DNA of 35,768 nt, filler included, from Candidatus Woesearchaeota archaeon (GTDB lineage: Archaea > Nanobdellota > Nanobdellia > Woesearchaeales > WAPY01): NCBI GenBank assembly GCA_049700835.1. It is 3 parts of 3 records of this genome, joined end to end, with 100 filler letters (N's around TTAATTAATTAA, not from the genome) between each part and the next. Parts side by side here need not be neighbours in the genome. Positions count along the whole stretch, not along the records: positions 1 to 2,146 come from JBNAUL010000002.1; positions 2,247 to 12,020 come from JBNAUL010000003.1; 1 more part is not named here. One strand, given 5' to 3'. The notes beneath the pieces are model-generated. The model did not search any database. It was not told the origin of the DNA and saw only the letters and a program-made list of their open reading frames with translations. A program made the position numbers and the translations under genes. Of the stretch, positions 1 to 9,541 are shown piece by piece. Every line of letters begins with the position of its first letter. Positions within the stretch are counted from its first letter, which is position 1.

Positions 1-805
1 CTTCCTTTCCCCTGAAATAGTATTTATCTCCTATGTATCTTATAACACCTTTGTTTCTAACCAGATTTGATTCAACATTCTTTAGAATTGTTGCTGCCAT
101 CTTTTTGCTAACAACATTGTATGGATATATTAAGCTTAAAAGAGCCATATCAACTTCCTTTGTTTCTGATTCTCTTGGAAGAATTTTTTTAAGTGAAAGT
201 TCTCCGTTCTTTATGAGATATTTTGGAACATAAACAATCTTTGAAATCTTCTTTAGCCCAGCGACACAAGCACCAATTGAACTTGCATGCAGTTCTTCAT
301 GCTCTTCCCAAATCCCGTTGTCAGTATCCTTCCAGTATTCTATGCTCGCAAGATAATAAACAAGTTTTTGCATTATTTGCCTATCTTTTTTGCTTCTCAA
401 AATTCTTTTGCCTTTGAGTTCTAAATCACCTATCTTGAAGAGCAAAGCACCTATTGCATCGTTCTGCTTAAAGCCCCATTCTTGGTTTATTTCAGACATT
501 TCAGGAGTGTATATTGGATGTATGTAATCCTGTTTTGTCTTTGGCTTTGAAATGATTGCCTTATCAATCTTCCACTCGTACTTTTTCAATATTTTAAGGA
601 TTGCCCTATAGGTTTTTACTGCTTCCTTCATATTTATCTTCTCCAAACCCAATGCCTGATAAATATTGTCCCTAAGCCATATCCTGTTATAACCTGTTTC
701 CTTTGTAGGAGAAGCGCATCTGAGCCCGTTGCTGTACTTAAGGCTCTGCAATTTCTGATAGGAATTCATAATAAGCTTATTTTTCAAAACAACTGCTGCT
801 TCCAT
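1..805 (-). CDS. Glycoside hydrolase family 15 / phosphorylase-kinase-like glucoamylase-fold protein (3' end runs off the window)
   Basis: Hand translation from ATG at 805 is open to position 1: MEAAVVLKNK...GYNRIWLRDNIY...KQNDAIG...DNGIWEEHEELHASSIGACVAGLK...LPRESETKEVDMALLSLIYPY...GVIRYIGDKY. WxRD, D-GIWEE and LPRES..K.VD..LL are typical GH15-like motifs. Not in the ORF track. Confidence 0.88.
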   Translation of the reverse strand, partial: MEAAVVLKNKLIMNSYQKLQSLKYSNGLRCASPTKETGYNRIWLRDNIYQALGLEKINMKEAVKTYRAILKILKKYEWKIDKAIISKPKTKQDYIHPIYTPEMSEINQEWGFKQNDAIGALLFKIGDLELKGKRILRSKKDRQIMQKLVYYLASIEYWKDTDNGIWEEHEELHASSIGACVAGLKKISKIVYVPKYLIKNGELSLKKILPRESETKEVDMALLSLIYPYNVVSKKMAATILKNVESNLVRNKGVIRYIGDKYYFRGKE

Positions 806-812
806 AACTACT

Positions 813-836
813 TATTAGTAATTACTAATATATAAA
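813..836 (-). promoter_or_regulatory. TATA box (TTTATATA on minus strand) overlapping a perfect 18-bp palindrome upstream of the GH15 gene
   Basis: TATTAGTAATTACTAATA at 813-830 is its own reverse complement. The TATA box at 829-836 lies about 25-30 nt upstream of the ATG at 805, implying a near-leaderless transcript. Confidence 0.6.
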
Positions 837-847
837 TCTTTCTATAT

Positions 848-1831
848 TTGTCACTACATAATAACAAAATCATTAAGAATGTTGTTTTTATTTGCGAAAT
901 GCTTAAAAATATGATGAACAAAACAAACAGCATGGCTTCGCTAATATTAAAGATTAACAAATCAGAACATAAAGAGTATAATGAAGTTATGAGTTATTTT
1001 AGGAGCGACATCGCTGAAAGGCGCTCAAAGGATTATTTGGAGAAAATCGAAAAAGAACTAAAATTCAAGGATTTAGTAACAGATTATAATTCATACTTAA
1101 AAAAAAGAACAGCGAACAAAGACAAATTTTTATTCAAGGGACTGCCAGAAAGAATTTCTTGCTTGGTAACAAATCAGGAAAAAGATATCCTGCTTTCTGT
1201 AACAGAAAACGCTGAGAAGAGGATTGAAGAAATCTTTGATTATTATAAAAATGAAATTTTGCCTAATTTGCTTAATCCGCATAATCTGAGAGACGCCAAA
1301 AAAGTAAATTATGAGTATTTAGAACAAAAGATAAAACAAATCATAAGAACATTATCTTTTTTAAATAAGGAAAACTTTAATGCAAAAATATGCGTTGAAA
1401 CAAAAAATGAGTTTAAACATTTAGAACAAAGAGAACAAACATTCAATTTGATAATCAACATGAGATATCACCCGATAAGTTATGCTGTGGAAAATCTCCA
1501 CGAAACCATCAAATCGATTTATCTGTGCTTGAAAGCAGATTTGGAAGAGAGCATAAATAAAGGGAAGACAATCGAGGCGATAGTTAAGGAAAACGAGATT
1601 GGAGAGTTTGAAGCAGAGTTTTTAAGAATAAAAGAGCCAATAATAAGAAACTCTGATTTGCTAATAGATGAAGAAAATAAAAATGAGTGCAAAAAATTAT
1701 TCTACAGAATTTATCTCTTTGATTATTCAAAAACAAGAAAAGATGAAAAGGAAAAAGAAATCGTTACAAAAAAAAGAAAACAAATAAAAGACAAAAAATC
1801 AAATAAAAGTATAGAAGAACAACTCTTTTGA
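848..1831 (+). CDS. Hypothetical soluble, charged, probably helical protein (true start probably an ATG at 899-932)
   Basis: 327-codon ORF, K/E/N-rich, no recognisable motif; divergent from the GH15 gene. Confidence 0.7.
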   Translation: MSLHNNKIIKNVVFICEMLKNMMNKTNSMASLILKINKSEHKEYNEVMSYFRSDIAERRSKDYLEKIEKELKFKDLVTDYNSYLKKRTANKDKFLFKGLPERISCLVTNQEKDILLSVTENAEKRIEEIFDYYKNEILPNLLNPHNLRDAKKVNYEYLEQKIKQIIRTLSFLNKENFNAKICVETKNEFKHLEQREQTFNLIINMRYHPISYAVENLHETIKSIYLCLKADLEESINKGKTIEAIVKENEIGEFEAEFLRIKEPIIRNSDLLIDEENKNECKKLFYRIYLFDYSKTRKDEKEKEIVTKKRKQIKDKKSNKSIEEQLF

Positions 1832-1934
1832 CTAATTATTCTATTTAAATTATATTGAATAAAATGCAGTTCTTTTTTTCCATTTAATAGCAGAATAAAA
1901 AAGAGAATAAAAAGAGAAAACCATACATAGGTAA

Positions 1935-2146
1935 AACTTTGGACGATTGGAAACAGCATGCTGAGCGCATCGCGTTAGCTTTACGCGTACACACCTGTTC
2001 CATCAACCCCATGTTCTATGGGAATCCAAGGATGTCTCTTTTCGAGGAGGGTTTCAGGCTTAGATGCTTTCAGCCTTTATCCCTGCAGCGCGTAGCTGCC
2101 CGGCCTACCCTGTCGGATAACCGGTGGACCAGAGGCGCCGGACCCT
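1935..2146 (-). rRNA. rrl: 23S rRNA, 3'-terminal fragment (archaeal type), cut by the contig edge
   Basis: GC-rich block within AT-rich DNA. The plus strand reads GGTTTCAGGCTTAGATGCTTTCAGC, GCGTAGCTGCCCGGC, CCCTGTCGGATAACCGG and GCGTACACACCTG..CATCAACC, the reverse complement of conserved domain VI of archaeal 23S. The 3' boundary is approximate. Confidence 0.93.
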
Positions 2147-2246
2147 NNNNNNNNNNNNNNNNNNNNNNNNNNNNNNNNNNNNNNNNNNNNTTAATTAATT
2201 AANNNNNNNNNNNNNNNNNNNNNNNNNNNNNNNNNNNNNNNNNNNN
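2147..2246. other. Artificial contig linker N44-TTAATTAATTAA-N44
   Basis: 12-mer with stop codons in all six frames flanked symmetrically by 44 N; identical structure at 12021-12120. Confidence 0.97.
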
Positions 2247-2247
2247 C

Positions 2248-4173
2248 GATAATGTTCATAATTTTGTTAGTTACAGCAATGAAAGCATTGTTAAAGTTGA
2301 TACCCAAGCTCCAAATGCTCCTCCAAATCTTACTGTTAATGACACTTCTTGGTCTCGATACAGAGAACATAATTTTTCTTGGGATACAAGCACTGATTCA
2401 GAATCAGGAATTAATGGTTATTATTATGATTTTGACAACTCAAATCCTGAAGAAACCTCTAATTTTACAACTAATCTGTTTGTTGTTTTGAATTGTTCTG
2501 AGGGAAATCATACTCTCTATGTTAAAGCAAAGGACAATGCTGGCAACATTGGACCTGTATCAACAGTTTCTTGCTTGGTTTATTCTGAAAAAGGAATCAT
2601 CTCTACTGAGATTGGAGCAACTCCTTTCTACACAACAAGCGCCAATCCTCAAACCAAAAGCAGTATTTCTTGTTTGGCTAACTTGCAACAAGGCCAAAGC
2701 TGCAATGTTTCTTGGATTGTCAATGCTACTGGAACTGAAAACACCAATTATGTTTTCTTTGTTTTTGTTAATTCCAGCTATTCAGAAATAACTCCAAGTT
2801 TCAGTAATGAAACTTATATTAAGATTGTTTCAGGAACAAATACTGCTCCTCATTTTATTGGTGATGTTGATGATAACTCCACAATTTCAAACCCAACAAG
2901 ACAGGGTTATAATGTTGTTTTCACAGCAAACGCCAGTGATGATGAAGGAGACATGTATAGGTTGATTGTTTGTACAACCAATTCTACAACTAACGGAGAT
3001 TGTTCTTCTCAAGAAATCTGCAGTTCTAATTTTGTGAGTTCTGGAACTTCAGCAAGTTGTTATCATAATACTAGTTTAGAAACAAACTATAATTATTCTT
3101 GGTATGCTTTTGTTTGCGATGTTTTCTCTGCTTGTTCGGAATCTAACTATGCTAATAGTCCTTATTACATTAACAGGAAGCCAATTGCTTTTGGTGTTGA
3201 TATTTCTCCTAGACCAGCAACCACTAGTGATGACTTAACAGGAAATTATTCTTACTTTGATGCTGATGATGATGTAGAAGGAAACTCTGTTTTTGCTTGG
3301 TACATTAACGGAACAAAAGTAAAGGAAGGTTATGTGGGCGAGGGAATTTATCTTAACAAAACAGAGTTTGGTTTAGGTGATAGAATAATCTTAGAAATAA
3401 CTCCTTGCGATGCTTCTGGTTTTTGCGGAGATGCTAATTCAAGCAGGGTTTTGTTCATTGGAAATTCTCCTCCTGAAAAGATTAATTTGACTTCTCCTGC
3501 TAATGGCGATACAACAGTTCATGACAGAAACACAACATTTGTTTGGGAGCAAGGATTTGATGCTGATGATGACCCATTAACCTATCACTTGCAACTCAGC
3601 AATTCTTCTGATTTTAATTATTTGATTGTTAATGCTTCTGAGATTTCAGGCACAAGTTATACAATACCAATTTATCTTGAACTCAACAAGGTTTATTATT
3701 GGCGTGTTAGAGCATTTGACAGCCAAGATTATGGAGAGTTTTCTGATGTTTGGAATTTTAGCATAGAACCAATTTTGAATATTACTTTGATAAGCAATGC
3801 AACAGAGTTTTACACTCTTTCCAATAATCAGGAGAATGATACTACTGATGATAATCCTGAACCATTTGTTGTTAGGAATTATGGAAACTATGAAGTTAAT
3901 ATTAGCATTAATGCAACTCCTCTGTGGCAATCAGTTGGTTTAGGAACAGAATACTTTAAGTTTAAGGCAGGAATTTATCAAGGAGTTTTGTCCTTTGATT
4001 ATGAATCCTCTCAGGTTGATTGGGCTTACTTTGCTCAAGAACCCCAAAGCATTATTAGAAATTTAAATTACAAGTTTGGAAACAACTCTGCAAGGATCGA
4101 TATTTATGTCAAAGTTCCTGCTCAAGAAGGCGCTGGTTATAGGAGCTCAATAATAGAGGTTAGCAATACTTAA
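2248..4173 (+). CDS. C-terminal part of a large secreted/surface protein with Ig-like and fibronectin type III-like domains (5' truncated)
   Basis: The frame is open from the gap edge (DNVHNFVSYS...VDTQAPNAPP...DSESGINGYYY), 80 codons upstream of the track's TTG start. Later motifs include HTLYVKAKDNAGN, DADDDPLTYHLQLS and YYWRVRAFD. Many N-x-S/T sequons. Confidence 0.85.
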   Translation, partial: DNVHNFVSYSNESIVKVDTQAPNAPPNLTVNDTSWSRYREHNFSWDTSTDSESGINGYYYDFDNSNPEETSNFTTNLFVVLNCSEGNHTLYVKAKDNAGNIGPVSTVSCLVYSEKGIISTEIGATPFYTTSANPQTKSSISCLANLQQGQSCNVSWIVNATGTENTNYVFFVFVNSSYSEITPSFSNETYIKIVSGTNTAPHFIGDVDDNSTISNPTRQGYNVVFTANASDDEGDMYRLIVCTTNSTTNGDCSSQEICSSNFVSSGTSASCYHNTSLETNYNYSWYAFVCDVFSACSESNYANSPYYINRKPIAFGVDISPRPATTSDDLTGNYSYFDADDDVEGNSVFAWYINGTKVKEGYVGEGIYLNKTEFGLGDRIILEITPCDASGFCGDANSSRVLFIGNSPPEKINLTSPANGDTTVHDRNTTFVWEQGFDADDDPLTYHLQLSNSSDFNYLIVNASEISGTSYTIPIYLELNKVYYWRVRAFDSQDYGEFSDVWNFSIEPILNITLISNATEFYTLSNNQENDTTDDNPEPFVVRNYGNYEVNISINATPLWQSVGLGTEYFKFKAGIYQGVLSFDYESSQVDWAYFAQEPQSIIRNLNYKFGNNSARIDIYVKVPAQEGAGYRSSIIEVSNT

Positions 4174-4320
4174 AAACAACAAGGTTTAAAGAGTAGTTAA
4201 AAAAAGAATAAAAACGAGAAAAAATAAAAGATGCATTAAATTAAATTCAAATTAAATTTAAATCAAAAAATTATTTTAAGAAAGAATAAAAAGAGTAAGA
4301 ACAAATAAAATCAATTGAAA

Positions 4321-5682
4321 ATGATCATGTTTTTTTTAAAGGAAAAGAGAAACTCTAATGATTTAAAATCAAAATCAGAAATTTCTTCTTTATTATTTAT
4401 TTTTATTTCAACAATCATGTTTTTTTTGTTTCAGTCAAAAATTGTTTTTGGAATCGGTTTTGCAATTGCTCCTGCTTTCAAGAATGCTGATTTTGTTCCT
4501 TTTTTTAATGACACTGTTAGCATCAGAGTTTACAACAACATAAACTCAACATTGAATGTTTCTGTTTCTATGATTGGAGATTTAAAGGACTATGCTGTTT
4601 TAGAAAAGAATCAGCTTTTAATAAAACCATTTTCTTATGAAACTCTCAGTTTAAAAATTTCTCTGCCTGAAAAAATTGATTTTGGAGAGCACATCTTAAG
4701 AGTTCTTTTTTCAAGCTATGAAACTTCAGGAACAATTGGAAGCGCTCTAACCTTGAACTTTGATTACAAGGTTTTTTTTAAAGAGCAAGAAACCTTAACT
4801 CAAGAGTTTTTTTTATATAAAAATTACCTTGTTCTAAAATTAAAAAACAGCGCTGACAAAGAGATAAGCGGTTTTTCAGAGGTTTATTTTTATGATTTTG
4901 AAAAACAGGTTGGATTTTTGAATAAAACTTTTGTTTTACAACCAAATGCAGAGCTTGTCATTAAGGAAAGGTTGGAAGAAGTTTTGCCTTCAATAGGAGA
5001 ATACTCTGTTTTTATTAAAACTTATTCTCCAAACTTGAATGAGTTGGAAAAGAACTTTACAATTGGAACTCCAGAAATAATTTTAAAAAACATTAATATT
5101 GGCAATGAAACAGGAAGCGTAAGAACTCTTAGTTTTGATTTAGGGCTGAATTGGAATAAACCATTGGATGTTTTTGCAGAGGTTTTCATCATTAACGATT
5201 CAAGAATAATCAGTAGTTTCAAGAGCGCTGCAATAAAAATTTATCCAAACAAAACAGAAAACTTAAAAATGTTCTTAGATTTATCTGGTTTAGAAAATGA
5301 AAAATTTTTGAATTTGAGAATTGCGGTTAATTGCCAAGGCAAAGTATACGAAAACAATGTTAATCTAATAAAAAACAAAAGAGGGGTTTACGAGGTGAAT
5401 AGAATGAACGCTTATTATTTCCTGATAATTTTATTGGCTATGCTAAACTTGTTTTTATTGCTGAGACTAATCTTTTTCAGCAAGAACAAACTTAAGAGAG
5501 TTAAAGAATTAATTAAGGAAACAGAAAATCTTGTTGAGCAGGGAAAACTTAATGAAGCGCTTAAATCATACAAAAAAATAAAAGAACTTTATGACAATTC
5601 TTTGAGTAAAAAAGAAAAGAAAGAAGTTTATGATGATGTTATGAAAGCATATCATAAAATTCACGAACGCTTAAAGAGGTAA
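4321..5682 (+). CDS. Hypothetical membrane-anchored exported protein (signal peptide, Ig-like ectodomain, C-terminal TM, basic helical tail)
   Basis: Hydrophobic N-terminus (LLFIFISTIMFFLF), beta-rich middle, TM YYFLIILLAMLNLFLLLRLIFF, then a K/E-rich tail. Confidence 0.75.
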   Translation: MIMFFLKEKRNSNDLKSKSEISSLLFIFISTIMFFLFQSKIVFGIGFAIAPAFKNADFVPFFNDTVSIRVYNNINSTLNVSVSMIGDLKDYAVLEKNQLLIKPFSYETLSLKISLPEKIDFGEHILRVLFSSYETSGTIGSALTLNFDYKVFFKEQETLTQEFFLYKNYLVLKLKNSADKEISGFSEVYFYDFEKQVGFLNKTFVLQPNAELVIKERLEEVLPSIGEYSVFIKTYSPNLNELEKNFTIGTPEIILKNINIGNETGSVRTLSFDLGLNWNKPLDVFAEVFIINDSRIISSFKSAAIKIYPNKTENLKMFLDLSGLENEKFLNLRIAVNCQGKVYENNVNLIKNKRGVYEVNRMNAYYFLIILLAMLNLFLLLRLIFFSKNKLKRVKELIKETENLVEQGKLNEALKSYKKIKELYDNSLSKKEKKEVYDDVMKAYHKIHERLKR

Positions 5683-5906
5683 TAATTTTTAATCTTATCT
5701 TCATTAATCTTTTTTATTTTGATTTTAGTTTTTTCTTATAAACTTTTTTGGATTTATTTTGAGATTTTTAAGACTGTTTAAAGAGAATAAATTAAAGATT
5801 TAAAGAAGTATACGAAAATGAATGCAAAAAATATTTTTAAAAACAAATTTTGTTGACTGGTCTTATTTTTGGCTTCTAATTTTTTCTGATTTTTTATTTT
5901 TAATAT

Positions 5907-6731
5907 TTATTTTGTTTTCGCTGTTTCCTTAACAACAGGCTTCATTTCCTTCCATGCAAGTTCAAACATTTCCTCTAATGCAGAAGCAAAGAATGGAGTG
6001 TTAACCCAAATTCCGATATCGTATGTTGGATGGACTTCTTTGTCGTCCATAACCATAAACATCATTTCCTTTCCGTCAATTACTATGAACCTTGCCTTTA
6101 GTTTTGCATTTCTTATCTCAGCAATATTCTTTAAGTCCTCAACAGCTTTCATGTTCTCTTTTGTTATAGGAGCAGCAATTCTTATTTTAACACCCCTCTT
6201 TTTTACTGACTCAAGAACCGGCTTTAATCCTTCAACCTTTCTTATCAAGCCATCTGCAGTTGTGATTATAGTGACTGTTTTTTCAGCATTCTTAATCATA
6301 GTTTCCATGTGGTTGTATAAATTGTGCCTTCCTCTCAAACTTCCTGACAAATCAGTAGGCTCAACAAGTTCGATTCCCTGCTTGTGCAGGTTCTTTAGTT
6401 CATCAATAATCTCTGTCTTTCCAACCTCATCTAATTTCTTTATCCTGTTCTCTGACTCCTCTTTCATGTACTTCTTTACTCTTTCAATGACTTCCTCTGG
6501 TTTTACAGCGATGTACTTTATTGGTTTTCCAAACTTCATCACCACAAAACCCTTTTTTTCAAGGCTTTCTAGAACATCATAACTTCTTGATCTTGGCACA
6601 TTTGCAATGTCAGAAAGTTCTCCTGCGGTTGCAACCCCTCTTGACAACAGTGCTGTCCAAATCTTGACTTCGTATAAGTTTAGTGAGAAAAAGTGTCTTA
6701 ACCTGTTCAGAAATTCGTCTTTAACTATCAT
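5907..6731 (-). CDS. trmB: TrmB-family transcriptional regulator
   Basis: N-terminal LNLYEVKIWTALL..ATAGELSDIANVPRSRSYDVLESLEKKGFV...KPIKY winged HTH; C-terminal effector domain (GVKIRI...ARFIVIDGKE); GGAGGG RBS upstream. Confidence 0.92.
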   Translation of the reverse strand: MIVKDEFLNRLRHFFSLNLYEVKIWTALLSRGVATAGELSDIANVPRSRSYDVLESLEKKGFVVMKFGKPIKYIAVKPEEVIERVKKYMKEESENRIKKLDEVGKTEIIDELKNLHKQGIELVEPTDLSGSLRGRHNLYNHMETMIKNAEKTVTIITTADGLIRKVEGLKPVLESVKKRGVKIRIAAPITKENMKAVEDLKNIAEIRNAKLKARFIVIDGKEMMFMVMDDKEVHPTYDIGIWVNTPFFASALEEMFELAWKEMKPVVKETAKTK

Positions 6732-6850
6732 TTTTAGACCCTCCGCGCTTTTTTATTTTTTATAAATCGTGATTTTTTGTGGAAAAAACAAAAACCACAA
6801 ATTTTTATTTTAAAATTTTATTCTGTTTTTATTATTCATTCTTCCTTTTT

Positions 6851-6980
6851 TTACTCTTATTCTGTTATTAATCTCTCTCGTAACCTTTATTGAATTACAA
6901 AGTTTAGTGCTTACTCAGTTGTTTATTTACCCGTTTACTTTACTGATTAATAAGAACATATATTTAAATCTTGCTTTTTG
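6851..6980 (-). promoter_or_regulatory. Putative trmB promoter (purine-rich BRE + TTTAAATA) with repeated AGTAA motifs downstream
   Basis: Minus strand AAAAGCAAGA-TTTAAATA, TATA at 6961-6968; TTACT on the plus strand at 6851, 6911, 6935 and 6940. Confidence 0.45.
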
Positions 6981-7063
6981 CAAACCCTTTTTTAATCAAA
7001 AACTCAAAAAATTGTAACTAATTGATAGTAATTTACCTTGTTTTTTGACAAATTTTTTTACTC

Positions 7064-8104
7064 TTAAGAAACCTTGAATCTCGTTAAAGCAGCAATTCCT
7101 CCAAGCCCCTTGAGTTTTTTTCCTGGCTCAAATTCAGAGTCAATTATGATTATTTTTCCGCCAAAATCCTCTGTTTTGTTAAGTATTGAAGCAAGTTTCT
7201 CGTTGTTGCTTATCTCCTGCATCTTGGAATCCAAAATTAGCAAGGACTTTACAGCCCCATAATCAACAGCTTTTTCAACTTCTTCAAAACCATAAACTGC
7301 TAATCCGTCTTTTGATATTTCAGCCAAAACCTCCTCAACAATTTGAGTTTCCTCTGCAATCCTGCTCTGCTTTAACGCCTGTTTTATTTCAGGCCTTTTC
7401 ATTATTTCATTTATAGAACTTTCGTCAACATAGGCGCAGCTGCTTATTATGCTTTTTTTCTCAATGCTTTCCTTTAATTTTTTTGTTAGGTATTCGCTCC
7501 AAAACCCAGGGCTTGCTATTATTATTGAAGAAGGGTTGTACATTCTGTCGTAATCCTCCAAATTTTTGTTTATCTCTTCATAAAAGTCGCTCGTTTTTTC
7601 ATTGCTTCTATTGACAGCATACTTCTTGTCAACAATTCCTTTTATGTTTGACAGCACCTTGTAGCCCTGTTTGTTTATTACAGCAAACAACGCTTCTTCT
7701 CTGTCAAAAATGCATATCAAAAATTTGTATTCAGGCTTTGAGGCCTCTTTGAGAATATCTAAAACATAATTAGAAATCTTATTCTTGAAAAGAGTTATCT
7801 TTGTTCTAGGAGTTATTGTTAAACTGTGGTAACTGCCTTTTGGAACATCCTCATCGTTGCATTCCAAAATCTTGCCAGAAATCCTGAGGTCCTTTGAGTA
7901 TCTCTGAAAACCTGTTTTTTCAACCTCAATCTTGACTAAAATCTTTGTTCTTACCTTATCGTTACCCTTTTCTATTTTCCTGCTGGAGCTTCCACTGACC
8001 AAATCTCCTTTCATTACAATCTGCGATAGATACCACAAGTCATCATAATTTTCAACCAACAATCCAACAGTTCCTTTTTTCAAATTTTTGCTTAGTATTC
8101 TCAT
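7064..8104 (-). CDS. pelA: Pelota/Dom34 mRNA surveillance (ribosome rescue) protein
   Basis: DDLWYLSQIV..GDLV, LRISGKI, GSYHSL, ASPGF, AVYGFEEV..A...GAV, EPGKKLKGLGGIAALTRF. Confidence 0.96.
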   Translation of the reverse strand: MRILSKNLKKGTVGLLVENYDDLWYLSQIVMKGDLVSGSSSRKIEKGNDKVRTKILVKIEVEKTGFQRYSKDLRISGKILECNDEDVPKGSYHSLTITPRTKITLFKNKISNYVLDILKEASKPEYKFLICIFDREEALFAVINKQGYKVLSNIKGIVDKKYAVNRSNEKTSDFYEEINKNLEDYDRMYNPSSIIIASPGFWSEYLTKKLKESIEKKSIISSCAYVDESSINEIMKRPEIKQALKQSRIAEETQIVEEVLAEISKDGLAVYGFEEVEKAVDYGAVKSLLILDSKMQEISNNEKLASILNKTEDFGGKIIIIDSEFEPGKKLKGLGGIAALTRFKVS

Positions 8105-8297
8105 TTCAAAAACAGAAAAACATATATACTTATTTAAAATTATTCATTAAACTATAGTAAAATATAAAACATTAAAAATATTAGAATTAATAAAACAAAT
8201 AAAGCATTAAAATAGATTGAATTTGTTTGTTTTAAAAATTATAGCAATTAGCTTTAATTCAAAAAAAATCACAAAAAATCAATCTGCAGGTGGTAAT

Positions 8298-9485
8298 ATG
8301 AGAAAAAAAGCCCAGACCATAAGCGCTAGTTATGCAGGAGGTTTGATAATAGCAATCGCTGTTTTAATATTCTTTTATGTTCTGCTAATCCCACCTGAAG
8401 CAAGGAGGGAATTGCTTAACCAAACAAGCAAAAACGAGTCCAAATCAGAGAATCCAGTAGAAGGAGAATATGTTCTGCTCTTGGAAAACCCTGGAAGAAT
8501 AATGCCAAAAACAATAACAGAGAAGTATTCTGAAGGGCACAACCTGAACGATGTAAGGGTTTATTCAATAACGCAGTCAGTCACCATAAAGAGAATAAAT
8601 CCATTTTATATAGGAGCAACATTTTTTTCTCAAGACAAAAAGTCATTTGTTTTCAAGATTGAGGATTTGAAAACGATAAAGAATGTGATTTTGAGTTTCA
8701 ATGCAGAATCAATGAAGGGGAGGTTAATAATAAAACTCAACGGAGTTGAAATATTCAATTCTGAAATAAAAACTCAAAACCCAGAGCCAATCGTTCTTGA
8801 TCAGGATTTGTTAGGAGAAGAAAACACTCTTGAATTTTCTGTTTCAAAGCCGTCTTTGTTTTCAAAGAATTACTATGATTTGAAGGATATTAGGATATTA
8901 GGCTATAAAACAGATTTGACCAGAGTAAAGAGCACCCAAACATTTCAAATTGTTCCTTCAGAATACCAAAGTTTGGAAAGCATGAGATTAAAATTTTTCA
9001 TTGATTGCTACTCAAGGGAAACAGGAAAAGTAAAAATAAACCTGAATGGCTACGAACTTAGTTACTTCACCCCTGATTGCGGCTCAGCAATGGTTTTTGA
9101 TTTTCCAGCATACTATTTGATTTCAGGACAGAACACCATTTATTTTGAGATAGAGAATGGCGACTACTTGATATACCAACTTAGATTAGAGCCTGTTTTT
9201 AAGGAGATAACAAATCCGACATACTACTTCCAAGTGCCTGAAGACGAGTATAAAAAAATAATAAACGAGAGCAAAAAGGTTGTTCTAAGAATGAGGTTCG
9301 CTGACGCTTCTGAAAAAGAAGCGAAGATTTACATCAATGGCTATGTCATGGGACTGACAACTTCGGATCTGATTTTCAACAGAACAATAGACAAGAATTA
9401 TATCTACAAAAACCTGAACTCTCTGAAGATAGAACCTGAAAAGATACTTGACATCACAGAATTGAAGGTTTATATTGAATCATAA
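8298..9485 (+). CDS. Exported protein with class III (prepilin-like) leader and repeated beta-sandwich modules
   Basis: GGTGG RBS then ATG at 8298: MRKKA/QTISASYAGGLIIAIAVLIFFYVLL. Three internal repeats of I.LNG/ING....GENTL/GQNTI/NLNSL. Confidence 0.8.
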   Translation: MRKKAQTISASYAGGLIIAIAVLIFFYVLLIPPEARRELLNQTSKNESKSENPVEGEYVLLLENPGRIMPKTITEKYSEGHNLNDVRVYSITQSVTIKRINPFYIGATFFSQDKKSFVFKIEDLKTIKNVILSFNAESMKGRLIIKLNGVEIFNSEIKTQNPEPIVLDQDLLGEENTLEFSVSKPSLFSKNYYDLKDIRILGYKTDLTRVKSTQTFQIVPSEYQSLESMRLKFFIDCYSRETGKVKINLNGYELSYFTPDCGSAMVFDFPAYYLISGQNTIYFEIENGDYLIYQLRLEPVFKEITNPTYYFQVPEDEYKKIINESKKVVLRMRFADASEKEAKIYINGYVMGLTTSDLIFNRTIDKNYIYKNLNSLKIEPEKILDITELKVYIES

Positions 9486-9541
9486 TTTCTTTTTTAACCC
9501 TTTTTATTATTTTGTAAAAATAAACAGACTGCATAAACCGA

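Noticed and set aside
33..417. Two short plus-strand ORFs
   Set aside because: Shadows of the minus-strand GH15 gene
1780..1831. C-terminal EEQLF as a clamp-binding motif
   Set aside because: Does not match the PIP consensus QxxLxxFF; too short to support
2191..2202. TTAATTAATTAA palindrome, also at 12065-12076
   Set aside because: Six-frame-stop linker inserted between contigs; not biological, and it means adjacency across it is unproven
1939..2202. 87-aa ORF in the track
   Set aside because: Antisense reading of 23S rRNA running into the linker
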